From Thermoanaerobaculia bacterium (GTDB taxonomy: Bacteria > Acidobacteriota > Thermoanaerobaculia > Gp7-AA8), in the NCBI GenBank assembly GCA_036375075.1, contig DASUSN010000158.1, positions 70,791 through 134,790 of the forward strand: DNA of 64,000 nucleotides. Reading direction: 5' to 3'. Under the pieces are notes generated by a model that searched no databases, was not told the DNA's origin, and saw only the letters and a list, made by a program, of their open reading frames with translations. The position numbers and the translations under genes were made by a program. Within the stretch, counting starts at the first letter, position 1, and the number at the start of each line of letters is the position of its first letter. Shown here piece after piece: positions 11,397 to 20,600 of this stretch.

Positions 11397-11478
11397 GACG
11401 TATAGGACGAATAGGACCTATAGGACGAATAGGACGTCCTATGGGTCCTATACGTCCTATTCGTCTTATACGTCCTAC
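11394..11478. repeat. word-repeat palindrome, family A, copy 2
   Basis: ataggacgtataggacgaataggacctataggacgaataggac|gtcctatgggtcctatacgtcctattcgtcttatacgtcct. Between convergent queF and the 11478 gene. Confidence 0.9.
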
Positions 11479-12413
11479 TACACCCGCCGCAGGCGCCACT
11501 GCTCGTTCACGAACTCCAGGAACGCGGCAGACCCGCTGCCCAGCCACTCCGTCAACATCTCCACGCTCGTCTCGTCGACGCCCCCGATGATCGACAGGCT
11601 TGCCGACTCCGCCACCCGCGTGAGCGGTTTGTCCAGCTCGGCGATGGTGCGGGCCGATCGGGCGATGACGCCGGCGAGGTCGAGGTCGAGCTCCAACGCG
11701 ATCATGCGGGACGCCACCAGCGTCAGGAGCACGGCGGCGTTCCAGTTGGTGGGCGCGGGCCAGCGTGGAGGGAGGATGAAGTCGGCCATGCCGCGCTCGG
11801 CCGCCAGGGCCGCGATGTGGCGCTCGGTGGCGAGCTGGATGGGGCCGAGGTCGGAGTGGAAGAGCATGGCGTAGAGGTCGTCGTCGACGGGCAGCGTCTG
11901 GGCGATGGCCTGCTTCGCGGTGGGCTCGGCGTCGATGGGGATGGCGGCGAAGAACGACGCACCGGCGTCGCGGGCGGAGTCGGCGAGCGACTCGAGGAGC
12001 GCGGGATCCGTGGTGAGCGGAAAGAGCACGGGCACGGCGATGCCGAAACGGTCCGCGTCCGACAGGCGCACCACCGAGCCCTCGGACGTGAGGATCTGCG
12101 CGGCGAGTCCCTGCTCGTCGCACCACGCCAGCGCCTCGGCCCCGCGGCGGAACACGTCTTCCGCGTTTTCGGCGGCGTCGATCAGCACCGGGGCGGCGAT
12201 CGCGCGCGCGCGGTCGAGCTCATCGCGCACGTTCTCGGTCACCGTGACTTCCAGCTTCTCCGCGCCGCTGGCGCGCAGCTCGGCGTAGTCGATGGCGATC
12301 GGCGTCGCGCGGCGCGCGGCGTAGGGGGCAATCACCGTCGCGGACCAGAACGGGGCCGCGGGCGCCGACGCGCGGCGCACCCGGAGCTGCGGCGCTTTCT
12401 TGTACAGGATCAC
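11478..12413 (-). CDS. hypothetical protein (311 aa)
   Basis: GTG 12413 overlaps the ribE stop (GTGA). The 531-aa track ORF is an out-of-frame extension over ribE. No motif recognised. Confidence 0.55.
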   Translation of the reverse strand: MILYKKAPQLRVRRASAPAAPFWSATVIAPYAARRATPIAIDYAELRASGAEKLEVTVTENVRDELDRARAIAAPVLIDAAENAEDVFRRGAEALAWCDEQGLAAQILTSEGSVVRLSDADRFGIAVPVLFPLTTDPALLESLADSARDAGASFFAAIPIDAEPTAKQAIAQTLPVDDDLYAMLFHSDLGPIQLATERHIAALAAERGMADFILPPRWPAPTNWNAAVLLTLVASRMIALELDLDLAGVIARSARTIAELDKPLTRVAESASLSIIGGVDETSVEMLTEWLGSGSAAFLEFVNEQWRLRRV

Positions 12414-13006
12414 TTCTGCAGGTACGGCGTCACGAGCCTGTGCACGTACTTGGCGATCATGTCGAACTCCAGGTTCACCGGCGCGCCGATGTTCGCCGTG
12501 CCGAGGTTCGTGCGGCGGAGGGTCTCGGGAATCAGCGCCGCGCCGAACGAGCCGGGCTCGGGGTCGACGATCGTCAGCGACACGCCGTCGACCGCAATCG
12601 AGCCCTTGGCCACGATCAGGTCCGCGTATTCGCCAGGGTACGTCCAGCGGTAGACCGCGAACTCGCCCTCGTGGGTGATGGACACGAGCTTGCCGACGCA
12701 GTCGACGTGTCCCTGCACCATGTGGCCGCCCATGCGGTCGCCGAGGGCGAGCGCGCGCTCGACGTTCACCGTCACCTCCATGCCGAGAGTGCCGAGGGTG
12801 GTGCGGGAGAGGGTCTCGTCGGAGAGGTCGGCCACGAGCGCGCCGTCGCTGTCGGGGAGCACGGTCAGGCAGACGCCGTTGACCGCGAGGCTCTCGCCGC
12901 GCGTGAACGGCTCGGGGTCGGTCGTGCGGACGCGCAGCCGCGCGCCGTTCGGGAGGCGCTCGAAGGTCTGGATGGTGCCGGTGTGGAGGATGATCCCGGT
13001 AAACAA
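12410..13006 (-). CDS. ribE: riboflavin synthase (alpha chain)
   Basis: MFTGII...GESLAVNGVCLTV...GSIAVDGVSLTI duplicated-barrel signature. TTG start with GGAGA 7 nt upstream. Confidence 0.9.
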   Translation of the reverse strand: MFTGIILHTGTIQTFERLPNGARLRVRTTDPEPFTRGESLAVNGVCLTVLPDSDGALVADLSDETLSRTTLGTLGMEVTVNVERALALGDRMGGHMVQGHVDCVGKLVSITHEGEFAVYRWTYPGEYADLIVAKGSIAVDGVSLTIVDPEPGSFGAALIPETLRRTNLGTANIGAPVNLEFDMIAKYVHRLVTPYLQK

Positions 13007-13011
13007 GTCGT

Positions 13012-13069
13012 GGTCTCCGAGTCTTCAAGTGCACCGCTCGACGACCCGAAGACTCGGCGACTCGTCGAC
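13012..13069. repeat. word-repeat palindrome, family B, copy 2
   Basis: ccgagtcttc...(22 nt)...gaagactcgg plus cgactcgtcgac words. Fills the ribD-ribE spacer and contains the ribE RBS. Confidence 0.75.
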
Positions 13070-14125
13070 TCAAGCCGGATAAGCCGTGATCATCAGATCG
13101 CGCCCGACCAACTCCACCCGATCAAAGCGGAACGTGTACGCCTCTGTCAACCGGTTGACCGCTTCGCCCGCAAAGATGGACGGGGCTTCGGCGCCGCCGA
13201 CGACCATCGGCGCCACGAACAGCACCATCTTCTGCCACAGACCCTGCCGGATCAGCTCGGAGTGCACGACCGAGCCGCCCTCGACGATGACCGAATGAAT
13301 CCCCCGGGTGTAGAGCTCCCCGAAGATGCGCGCGAGGTCGGCCCGGCCGTCGATGGGGACGACCTCCGCGCCGCCGCCGGCGATGCGGGAGGGCTCGCTG
13401 GTGAAGACGATGGTCCGGCCGCCGTCGGTGAAGAGCTGCGCGTGCGGCGGCACGTCGCCGTCGCCGTCGAGGACGACGCGCGTCCAGGGCGTAGTGGCGA
13501 TGCCGAGGCGGCGGGTGAGGCGCGGGTTGTCGGCTTTGACCGTGCCGCCGCCGATGAGGATCGCGTCGTACTCCTCGCGCAGGGCCAGACTCCGCTCCCG
13601 CGCCGTCTCGGACGTGATCCACTGCGACTCGCGGGTGACGGTGGCGAGCTTGCCGTCGAGGGTCATGGCCGCCTTCACCAGGACGAACGGCAGCTTCTGG
13701 GACACGCTCCAGAGGAACTTCTCGTTCTGCCTCCGGGCCTCGGACTCGAGCACGCCGGTGACGACGTCGATGCCCGCGGCGCGCAGCGCGGCGATGCCGC
13801 CGCCGTTCACCAGCTCGTTCGGGTCGCTCGCGGCGATGACGACGCGGGAGACGCCGGAGGCAATCACGGCGTCGGTGCAGGGCGGGGTGCGCCCGTGATG
13901 CGAGCACGGCTCGAGCGTGACGTACATCGTTGCGCCGCGCGGATCGTCGCAGGCGCGGAGGGCGTGGACCTCCGCATGCGCCTCGCCGGCCCGCTCGTGC
14001 CAGCCCTCGGCCAGGACGGTGCCGTCGCGCACGATCACGCAGCCCACCATGGGGTTGGGACTGGAAGAAAAACGGCCGCGCTCTGCAAGCTCCAGAGCGC
14101 GGCCGATGTAGTGCTCGTCGATCAC
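13070..14125 (-). CDS. ribD: bifunctional diaminohydroxyphosphoribosylaminopyrimidine deaminase / 5-amino-6-(5-phosphoribosylamino)uracil reductase
   Basis: PNPMVGCVIV, HAEVHAL, TLEPCSHHGRTPPC (CDA zinc motif), followed by a reductase domain. Confidence 0.9.
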   Translation of the reverse strand: MIDEHYIGRALELAERGRFSSSPNPMVGCVIVRDGTVLAEGWHERAGEAHAEVHALRACDDPRGATMYVTLEPCSHHGRTPPCTDAVIASGVSRVVIAASDPNELVNGGGIAALRAAGIDVVTGVLESEARRQNEKFLWSVSQKLPFVLVKAAMTLDGKLATVTRESQWITSETARERSLALREEYDAILIGGGTVKADNPRLTRRLGIATTPWTRVVLDGDGDVPPHAQLFTDGGRTIVFTSEPSRIAGGGAEVVPIDGRADLARIFGELYTRGIHSVIVEGGSVVHSELIRQGLWQKMVLFVAPMVVGGAEAPSIFAGEAVNRLTEAYTFRFDRVELVGRDLMITAYPA

Positions 14126-14143
14126 GAGCGGATTGTAGTGGTC

Positions 14144-15691
14144 TTACGGTGCCTGCAGCAGCCGGTAGCCCGACACGACCTCGCCGCTGCGGGTCGGGGT
14201 CGAGACGTACACGCGGACGCGCTGGCCGCTGCGGACCCTGTCGATCACGGTGCGGAAGTCGTCTACGTTGGTCACGCGCTGGCCCTGCACTTCGCTGATC
14301 ACGTCGCCTTCGCTGATGTTCGCCTCGCCGGCCGGGGAGACGTTCTTCACGTTGGTGACGACCACGCCGGTGATGTCCTCCGGCAGGTTGTGCAGGCGGC
14401 GCAGCTCGGAGGTCAGGTTCTGCACGGTCAGTCCGAGCTTGTCGCGCACCGGCTCGGCCGAGCGCGTCTCCTCCTCGGGGGTCTCGCCGTCGACCGGGCG
14501 CTGCGCGGTGCGGGCGGTGAGGACCATGCGCTGGCCGTTGCGGATGACGCCGACCTTCACCTCCGTGCCCACGGGCAGATAGGAGATGTAGTCGATGAGC
14601 TCGCGGTTGTTGCGGATCGGCTTGCCGTCGACGTCGACGACCACGTCGCCGTGGCGGATGCCGGCCTTGTCGGCGGGCTTGCCCGGGTCGACCGACTGCA
14701 CGAGCGCGCCGCGCGCCTCCTGCAGGTTGAACGCCTCGCGGATCTCTTCGGTCACGTCGCCGATGGACATGCCCAGATAGCCGCGGACGACCTTGCCTTC
14801 CTTGAGCTGCGGCAGGAGCGTCTTGGCCGTATTGACCGGCGTGGCGAAGCCGATGCCCTGCGCGCCGCCGCCGCGGATCGCGGTATTGATCCCGATGACC
14901 TCGCCGGCGATGTTCAGAAGAGGACCGCCGGAGTTGCCGAAGTTGATGGCGGCATCGGTCTGGATGAAGTTCTCGAACGACTGCGTCTCCGGGCTCAGGC
15001 CGAGGGAGCGGCCCTTGGCCGAGATGACGCCCACGGTGAGCGTGTTCTCGAACGTGAACGGGTGACCGATGGCGATGGCCCAGTCGCCCTTGCGGATCCG
15101 GTCGGAGTCGCCGAGGCGGATCGAGGGAAGCTGCTGGTCGGTGTCGATCTTCAGCAGGGCCAGATCGGTGGCCGGGTCGCGGCCGACGATCTTGGCCGGG
15201 ATGGTGCGGCCCCCGTTGCCGTTCTCGTCGGCGCCGAAGTGCACGTCGACCTTCGTCGCGCCTTCGATGACGTGGTTGTTGGTGAGGATGTAGCCGTCGG
15301 GCGAGACGATGAAGCCCGAGCCGCCGCTGCGCTGGGCCTGCTCGTCGTCCTCGTCCGAATCGCCCTGGCCGCCGAAGCGCCGGCGGTTGGGATCGGACGG
15401 ATCGGGGAAGAAGAACTCGAACGGGTCGATGCCGAACTGGCGGCGCCGCTCGCTGCTCTTGACGATCTCGGTCGAGCGGATGGAGACGACCGCGGGCATG
15501 ACCCGCGAGGCGACGTCGGCGAACGACGGGATGGTCACGGAGGCCACGGAGCCGCCGCTCGGCGTCTGGATGGCCGTCTGCGCGTTGGACTTGCGCATGA
15601 AGCCGAGGTCCGCGCTGATGAGGATCCCGAAGGCCACCGACGCGATGACGATGGCGATCGTCGACAGGATGCGCTTGGTGGATTGGTTCAT
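14144..15691 (-). CDS. htrA: Do/HtrA/DegP-family periplasmic serine endoprotease with two PDZ domains
   Basis: TNNHVI (His), DLALLKI (Asp), GNSGGPLLN (Ser). Start ATG 15691 (MNQSTKRILSTIAIV...) has AGGAGG upstream; the track start 15772 is over-extended. Confidence 0.9.
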   Translation of the reverse strand: MNQSTKRILSTIAIVIASVAFGILISADLGFMRKSNAQTAIQTPSGGSVASVTIPSFADVASRVMPAVVSIRSTEIVKSSERRRQFGIDPFEFFFPDPSDPNRRRFGGQGDSDEDDEQAQRSGGSGFIVSPDGYILTNNHVIEGATKVDVHFGADENGNGGRTIPAKIVGRDPATDLALLKIDTDQQLPSIRLGDSDRIRKGDWAIAIGHPFTFENTLTVGVISAKGRSLGLSPETQSFENFIQTDAAINFGNSGGPLLNIAGEVIGINTAIRGGGAQGIGFATPVNTAKTLLPQLKEGKVVRGYLGMSIGDVTEEIREAFNLQEARGALVQSVDPGKPADKAGIRHGDVVVDVDGKPIRNNRELIDYISYLPVGTEVKVGVIRNGQRMVLTARTAQRPVDGETPEEETRSAEPVRDKLGLTVQNLTSELRRLHNLPEDITGVVVTNVKNVSPAGEANISEGDVISEVQGQRVTNVDDFRTVIDRVRSGQRVRVYVSTPTRSGEVVSGYRLLQAP

Positions 15692-15821
15692 AGGTTTTGC
15701 TGATTCCTCCTGGTGTGGCGGGAGCGATTGCCACCCCTGTGCAAACATCGTAAGTGCCACTGCAGGGGTCACATTCCCGTCCCCCGTTTCAGACGCGGCT
15801 GGTTCCGAAATGTTCCGTCAC

Positions 15822-15854
15822 GAAAAAGAAAAAGGCCTCGCCACGCGCGAGGCC
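15822..15854 (-). terminator. rho-independent terminator after the GlsB/YeaQ/YmgE gene
   Basis: On the minus strand: ggcctcgc-gcgtg-gcgaggcc followed by tttttctttttc. About 30 nt after the stop at 15883. Confidence 0.7.
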
Positions 15855-15882
15855 GGGGATCACCAGGAGAAGACTGCTGTCG

Positions 15883-16137
15883 TCAGACGACTCTGCGCCG
15901 CCCGACGATGAGGCGATAGATGAACAGCAGGGCCATCGCACCGATGATCGAGCCGATCCATCCCGCCGTCTGATCGCCGCGACCCATCAGAGTCGAAGCG
16001 AGGAAGCCGCCCACGAAGGAGCCGGCGATACCGAGCAGGATCGTGACGATCCAACCACCCGGATCACGGCCCGGCATGAGGAACTTCGCGATCGCGCCAA
16101 CGACCAGACCAAAGAGAATCCATCCAATGATGTTCAT
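15883..16137 (-). CDS. GlsB/YeaQ/YmgE family stress-response membrane protein
   Basis: [46 protein letters not shown] is the typical transglycosylase-associated family sequence; 84 aa. Confidence 0.85.
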   Translation of the reverse strand: MNIIGWILFGLVVGAIAKFLMPGRDPGGWIVTILLGIAGSFVGGFLASTLMGRGDQTAGWIGSIIGAMALLFIYRLIVGRRRVV

Positions 16138-16212
16138 GCGCTTTCCTCCAGATCAGGTCCGGCACTGCGCTGCGCCGGACATGCTTACTGCTGAGCAGGA
16201 GGTGTGCCAGAA

Positions 16213-16311
16213 CAGGGGGCAGGGGACAGGGCGCAGGGGACAGGAGAGCAAGCAGCCGGAACCGTTCTCGCCGGACTCCTGTGCCCCGCGCCCTGCCCCC
16301 TGTCCCCTGCC
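16213..16311. repeat. word-repeat palindrome, family E (caggggacagggcg words), copy 1
   Basis: cagggggcaggggacagggcgcaggggacaggag ... ctcctgtgccccgcgccctgccccctgtcccctgcc. Lies between the divergent yeaQ-like gene and pfkA. Confidence 0.85.
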
Positions 16312-16330
16312 TCTGGTATCTTCGCCCGCC

Positions 16331-17395
16331 ATGAAACGTATCGGCATCCTCACCGGCGGCGGCGATTGCCCGGGGCTGAACGCCGTCATCCGTGCGGCCG
16401 TGCGCACGCTGATCCGCCAGTACCACCTCGAGGTCGTCGGCATCCAGCTCGGGTTCGAGGGGCTGCTGACGAAGGCGATCGTCCCGCTGACGCTGGAGAG
16501 CATCCGGGGCATCCTGCCGAAGGGCGGCACGCTGCTGCGGACGACCAACCGCGGCAACCCGTTCGAGTACCCCGACGGCCACGGCGGCTGCGTGGACCGC
16601 TCGGACGAGGTCGTGGCGAACATCCACGAGCTCGGAATCGACGGCATCATCGCCATCGGCGGCGACGGCACCCTCAAGATCGCCCAGCGCCTCTGCGACG
16701 TCGGCATTCCGATGGTCGCGGTCCCGAAAACGATCGACAACGACCTCGAAGCCACGGACTACACGTTCGGCTTCCAGACCGCCGTGGCCGTCGCGACGGA
16801 CGCCGTCGATCGCCTGCACACCACCGCCGAGAGCCACGACCGGGTGATGATCCTGGAGGTGATGGGGCGGAACGCGGGCTGGATCGCGCTGTACTCCGGC
16901 ATTGCCGGCGGGGCGGACATCATCCTCATCCCCGAGATCCCCTACAAACCGCGGGCGATCGTCGACCTGATCGAGGAGCGGCAGGGGGAGGGGAGCAAGT
17001 TCGACATCATCGTCGTGGCCGAGGGAGCGAAGCGGTCCGGGGGCGAAGAGACCTACCTGGACAAAGCCACCCGCCGCCTGGGAGGCGTCGCCTATCAGGT
17101 CGCCGCCGACATCCAGAACCACATCGACCTGGAGATCCGCGTGACCGTCCTCGGCCACATCCAGCGCGGCGGCTCGCCGATCGCCTTCGACCGCATCCTG
17201 GCGTCGCGCTACGGCGCCGAGGCGGCGAACTGCATCGCGCGCGAACAGTTCGGCCAGATGGTCGCGCTGCGGGGGGACACCATCACGCCCGTGCCCATCG
17301 CCGACGCGGTGTCGCGGCCCAAGTACGTGAACCCCGAGAGCGAGATCGTCAGCGCCGCCCGCGGCCTCGGCGTGTCCTTCGGCGACGGCAGGTAG
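16331..17395 (+). CDS. pfkA: 6-phosphofructokinase
   Basis: GILTGGGDCPGLNAVIR, IGGDGT, PKTIDNDL, EVMGRNAGW. ATG 16331; the track ORF from 16043 is over-extended through the palindrome. Confidence 0.9.
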   Translation: MKRIGILTGGGDCPGLNAVIRAAVRTLIRQYHLEVVGIQLGFEGLLTKAIVPLTLESIRGILPKGGTLLRTTNRGNPFEYPDGHGGCVDRSDEVVANIHELGIDGIIAIGGDGTLKIAQRLCDVGIPMVAVPKTIDNDLEATDYTFGFQTAVAVATDAVDRLHTTAESHDRVMILEVMGRNAGWIALYSGIAGGADIILIPEIPYKPRAIVDLIEERQGEGSKFDIIVVAEGAKRSGGEETYLDKATRRLGGVAYQVAADIQNHIDLEIRVTVLGHIQRGGSPIAFDRILASRYGAEAANCIAREQFGQMVALRGDTITPVPIADAVSRPKYVNPESEIVSAARGLGVSFGDGR

Positions 17396-17400
17396 GTCTT

Positions 17401-17633
17401 TTGGAGTGCGGAGGCGATTGGGGCGTGGCGCAAAACGCGCGGGCGGCGCCCCCTTTTGTCATCCCGAGCGTCGAGCGAGGGACCTGGGCGGGCGGGGCTC
17501 GAGGCGTGTGCCTGCCGCCCCACCCACCCAAGTCCCTCGCTCGACGCTCGGGATGACAGGGGGACGATGGCGAGATCGCCCGCCGCACTCCAAACGCGCG
17601 GAGCGGCCGGCGGGAAACCGGCGCTCCGCGCGT
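17401..17633. repeat. nested palindrome, family F (outer ttggagtgcggaggcgat arms, inner tgtcatcccgagcgtcgagcgagggac arms) plus 3' GC hairpin
   Basis: Outer arms 17401-17418 / 17575-17593; inner arms 17456-17482 / 17532-17558. Separate perfect 11-bp hairpin acgcgcggagc...gctccgcgcgt at 17594-17633. Between convergent pfkA and the giant gene. Confidence 0.85.
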
Positions 17634-17643
17634 CTGAACCCTG

Positions 17644-20600
17644 TTAGCCCCGCTTCATCACCAGCAGCGCAACCGCGGCCAGCATCGCGGCCATCGCCAT
17701 CAGCGCCCATTCCGAGGCCGTGGGGATGTCCGTCGCTTCCGGATCGCCGGGGCCGCCCTGGTCGACGATGACGCCGTCGACCGGGGTGTCGTCGCCGGTG
17801 GCGCCGTCCGTCAGCGAGAAGTCGATGCGGCGCGGGTGCAGCGAGCCGACGGTCGTGACGGTGAAGGTCGCCGGGATTCCGTACCACTGCTGCGGGCCGC
17901 CCGGAGGCAGCGGGCCGAACTTCCGGTAGGCCGAGGCCGCGCCGCTGCCGTAGACGAAGAGCGAGAACGTCGCGGTGGAGCACGGCGCGCGGAAGGCGAT
18001 CAGCCCGTGCGGGTAGCGGAAGCCCGGGTCGCCCGTCGCCATCGCGCCCTCGGTCGTGACGTACACCTCCTGCAGCGTGCAGCTCGACTGCAGGGTCAGG
18101 TAGCCGGAGCCGGTCGCGGCCGGAATCGAGGCGACGGTGGGCTGCATGTGGTCGGGGATGCCGTCGCCGTTGCCGTCGCCGCCGTTCGGCGCCGCCTGCT
18201 CGACCACGTCATCGACGCCGTCGCCGTCGCTGTCGCTGGCGGTGACGGTGACGGTGAACGACGTCGGATCGTTGGCCGCAGCCGTGCCCGGATCGTCGCT
18301 GACGCCGGACGACTCGTTCGAGCCGTTGCCGTCGGCGTCGAAGGCGAGGTTGGCCTGGTTCGAGACCGTGCCGGTGGCCGTGTTGTTGATGGTGGCGTTG
18401 ATGGTGATGGTCGTGCTGGCGCCCGCCGCGAGCCCGCCGTTCCAGGTGACCGTGTTCGTGCCGGCGTTCGCGACGGCTGTGCCGCTCGTGGCCGACGCGC
18501 TGACGAGCGTGAGCGACGCCGGAAGCACGTCGGTGAGCTCGTTGCCCGCGTTGTCGAACTGGGCGATGCCCATGTTGTTGGTCACGACCACCGTGTAGGT
18601 GACGTTGGAGCCCTGCGTGAACGTGCCGCTCACCGACTTGGTCGCCGACACGATGCCCGTGGGGATCACGGTGAAGGTCGTCGGATCGTTGGCCGTACCC
18701 GTGGCCGGATCGTCGCTGACGCCCGACGACTCGTTCGAGCCGTTGCCGTCGGCGTCGAAGGCCAGGTTGGCCTGGTTCGAGACCGTGCCGGTGGCCGTGT
18801 TGTTGATCGTGGCGTTGATGGTGATGGTCGTGCTGGCGCCCGCCGCAAGGGCTCCGTTCCAGGTGACCGTGTTCGTGCCGGCGTTCGGGGTCGCCGTGCC
18901 GCTCGTGGCAGACGCGCTGACGAGGGTGAGCGACGCCGGCAGCACGTCGGTCAGCTCGTTGCCCGCGTTGTCGGCCTGGGCGATGCTCATGTTGTTGGTC
19001 ACGACCACGGTGTAGGTGACGTTGGAGCCCTGGACGAACGTGCCGCTGACGGACTTGGTCGCCGACACGATGCCCGCCGGAATCACGGTGAACGACGTCG
19101 GGTCGTTGGCCGTACCCGTGCCCGGGTCATCGCTGACGCCGGACGCCTCGTTCGAGCCGTTACCGTCGGCGTCGAAGGCGAGGTTGGCCTGGTTCGAGAC
19201 CGTGCCGGTGGCGGTGTTGTTGATGGTGGCGTTGATGGTGATGGTCGTGCTGGCGCCTGCCGCGAGCGCGCCGTTCCAGGTGACCGTGTTCGTGCCGACG
19301 TTCGGGACGGCCGCGCCGCTCGTGGCAGACGCGCTGACGAGCGTGAGCGACGCCGGCAGCACGTCGGTGAGCTCGTTCCCGGCGTTGTCGCCCTGGGCGA
19401 TGCCCATGTTGTTGGTCACGACGATCGTGTAGGTGACGTTGGAGCCCTGGACGAACGTGCCGCTCACGGACTTGGTCGCGGACACGATGCCCGCGGGGAT
19501 CACGGTGAAGTTCGTCGGGTCGTCGGCCGCCGCGGTCGACGGATCGTCGGTGAGGTGGCTGCTCTCGTTCTGGGCGTCGCCGTTCTTGTCGTAGATCGTC
19601 TGGCCCTGGTTGGAGATCGTGCCGGTCGCGGAGGGGGAGATGGTGGCGGCGAACGTCAGGGTCACCGTCCCGCCGGCCGGGATCGAGCCGTCCCAGAAGA
19701 AGATGTTCGAGACGCTTCCCGTGGTGCCGCTGGTGGCCGTGAAGCTCCCGGGCAGGAGCGTGAGCCCGGCCGGCAGGTTGTCGGTGAACTCGTGCCCGAA
19801 GTTGTCCGGCTGCGTCACGGTCATGTTGTTGGTGATGACGACCGTGTACGTGACGGTGGAGCCCTGGACGAACGAGCCGCTGACGGACTTCGTCGCGGTG
19901 ACGTCGTTGGCCTGGATGACGGTGAAGTTCGTCGGATCGTCGGCAGCGGCGGTCGACGGATCGTCGGTGAGGTGGCTGCTCTCGTTCTGGGCGTCGCCGT
20001 CCTTGTCGAAGATCGTCTGACCCTGGTTGGAGATCGTTCCGGTTGCAGTCGGGTCGATGGTGGCGGCGAACGTGAGCGTCACCGTCCCGCCGGCGGGGAT
20101 CGAGCCGTCCCAGAAGAAGATGTTCGAGACGCTGCCCGTGGTGCCGCTGGTGGCCGTGAAGCTCGCGGGCACGAGCGTGAGCCCGGCCGGCAGGTTGTCG
20201 GTGAACTCGTGACCGAAGTTGTCCGGCTGGGTCACCGTCATGCCGTTGGTGATCACGATCGTATAGGTGACGTTGGAGCCCTGGACGAACGTGCCGCTGA
20301 CGGCCTTCGTCGCGGTGACCTCGTTGGCCTGGATGACGGTGAACGACGTGGGGTCGTTCGGGGCGGCGGTGGACGGATCGTCCGAGAACTCCTCGGATTC
20401 GTTCTGGTTGTCGCCGTCTTTGTCGAAAATGCTGTTGGCCTGGTTCGAGATGGTTCCGGTTGCGGTGGGATCGATCGAGCAGACGATCGTGATGGTCACC
20501 GTGCCGCCCGACGGAATGGACCCGTTCCAGACCACGATCGTGTTGGAGACCACCGCGGCGACCGTACCGCTGGTCGCGTTCGCACTCACGAACGTGAGCC

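Noticed and set aside
12440-15734. 1,087-aa plus-strand ORF and 870-aa minus-strand ORF spanning ribE, ribD and htrA
   Set aside because: Both overlap three well-supported genes in other frames or on the other strand. Their translations are Arg/Asp/Gly/His-rich with no motifs, so they are shadow ORFs.
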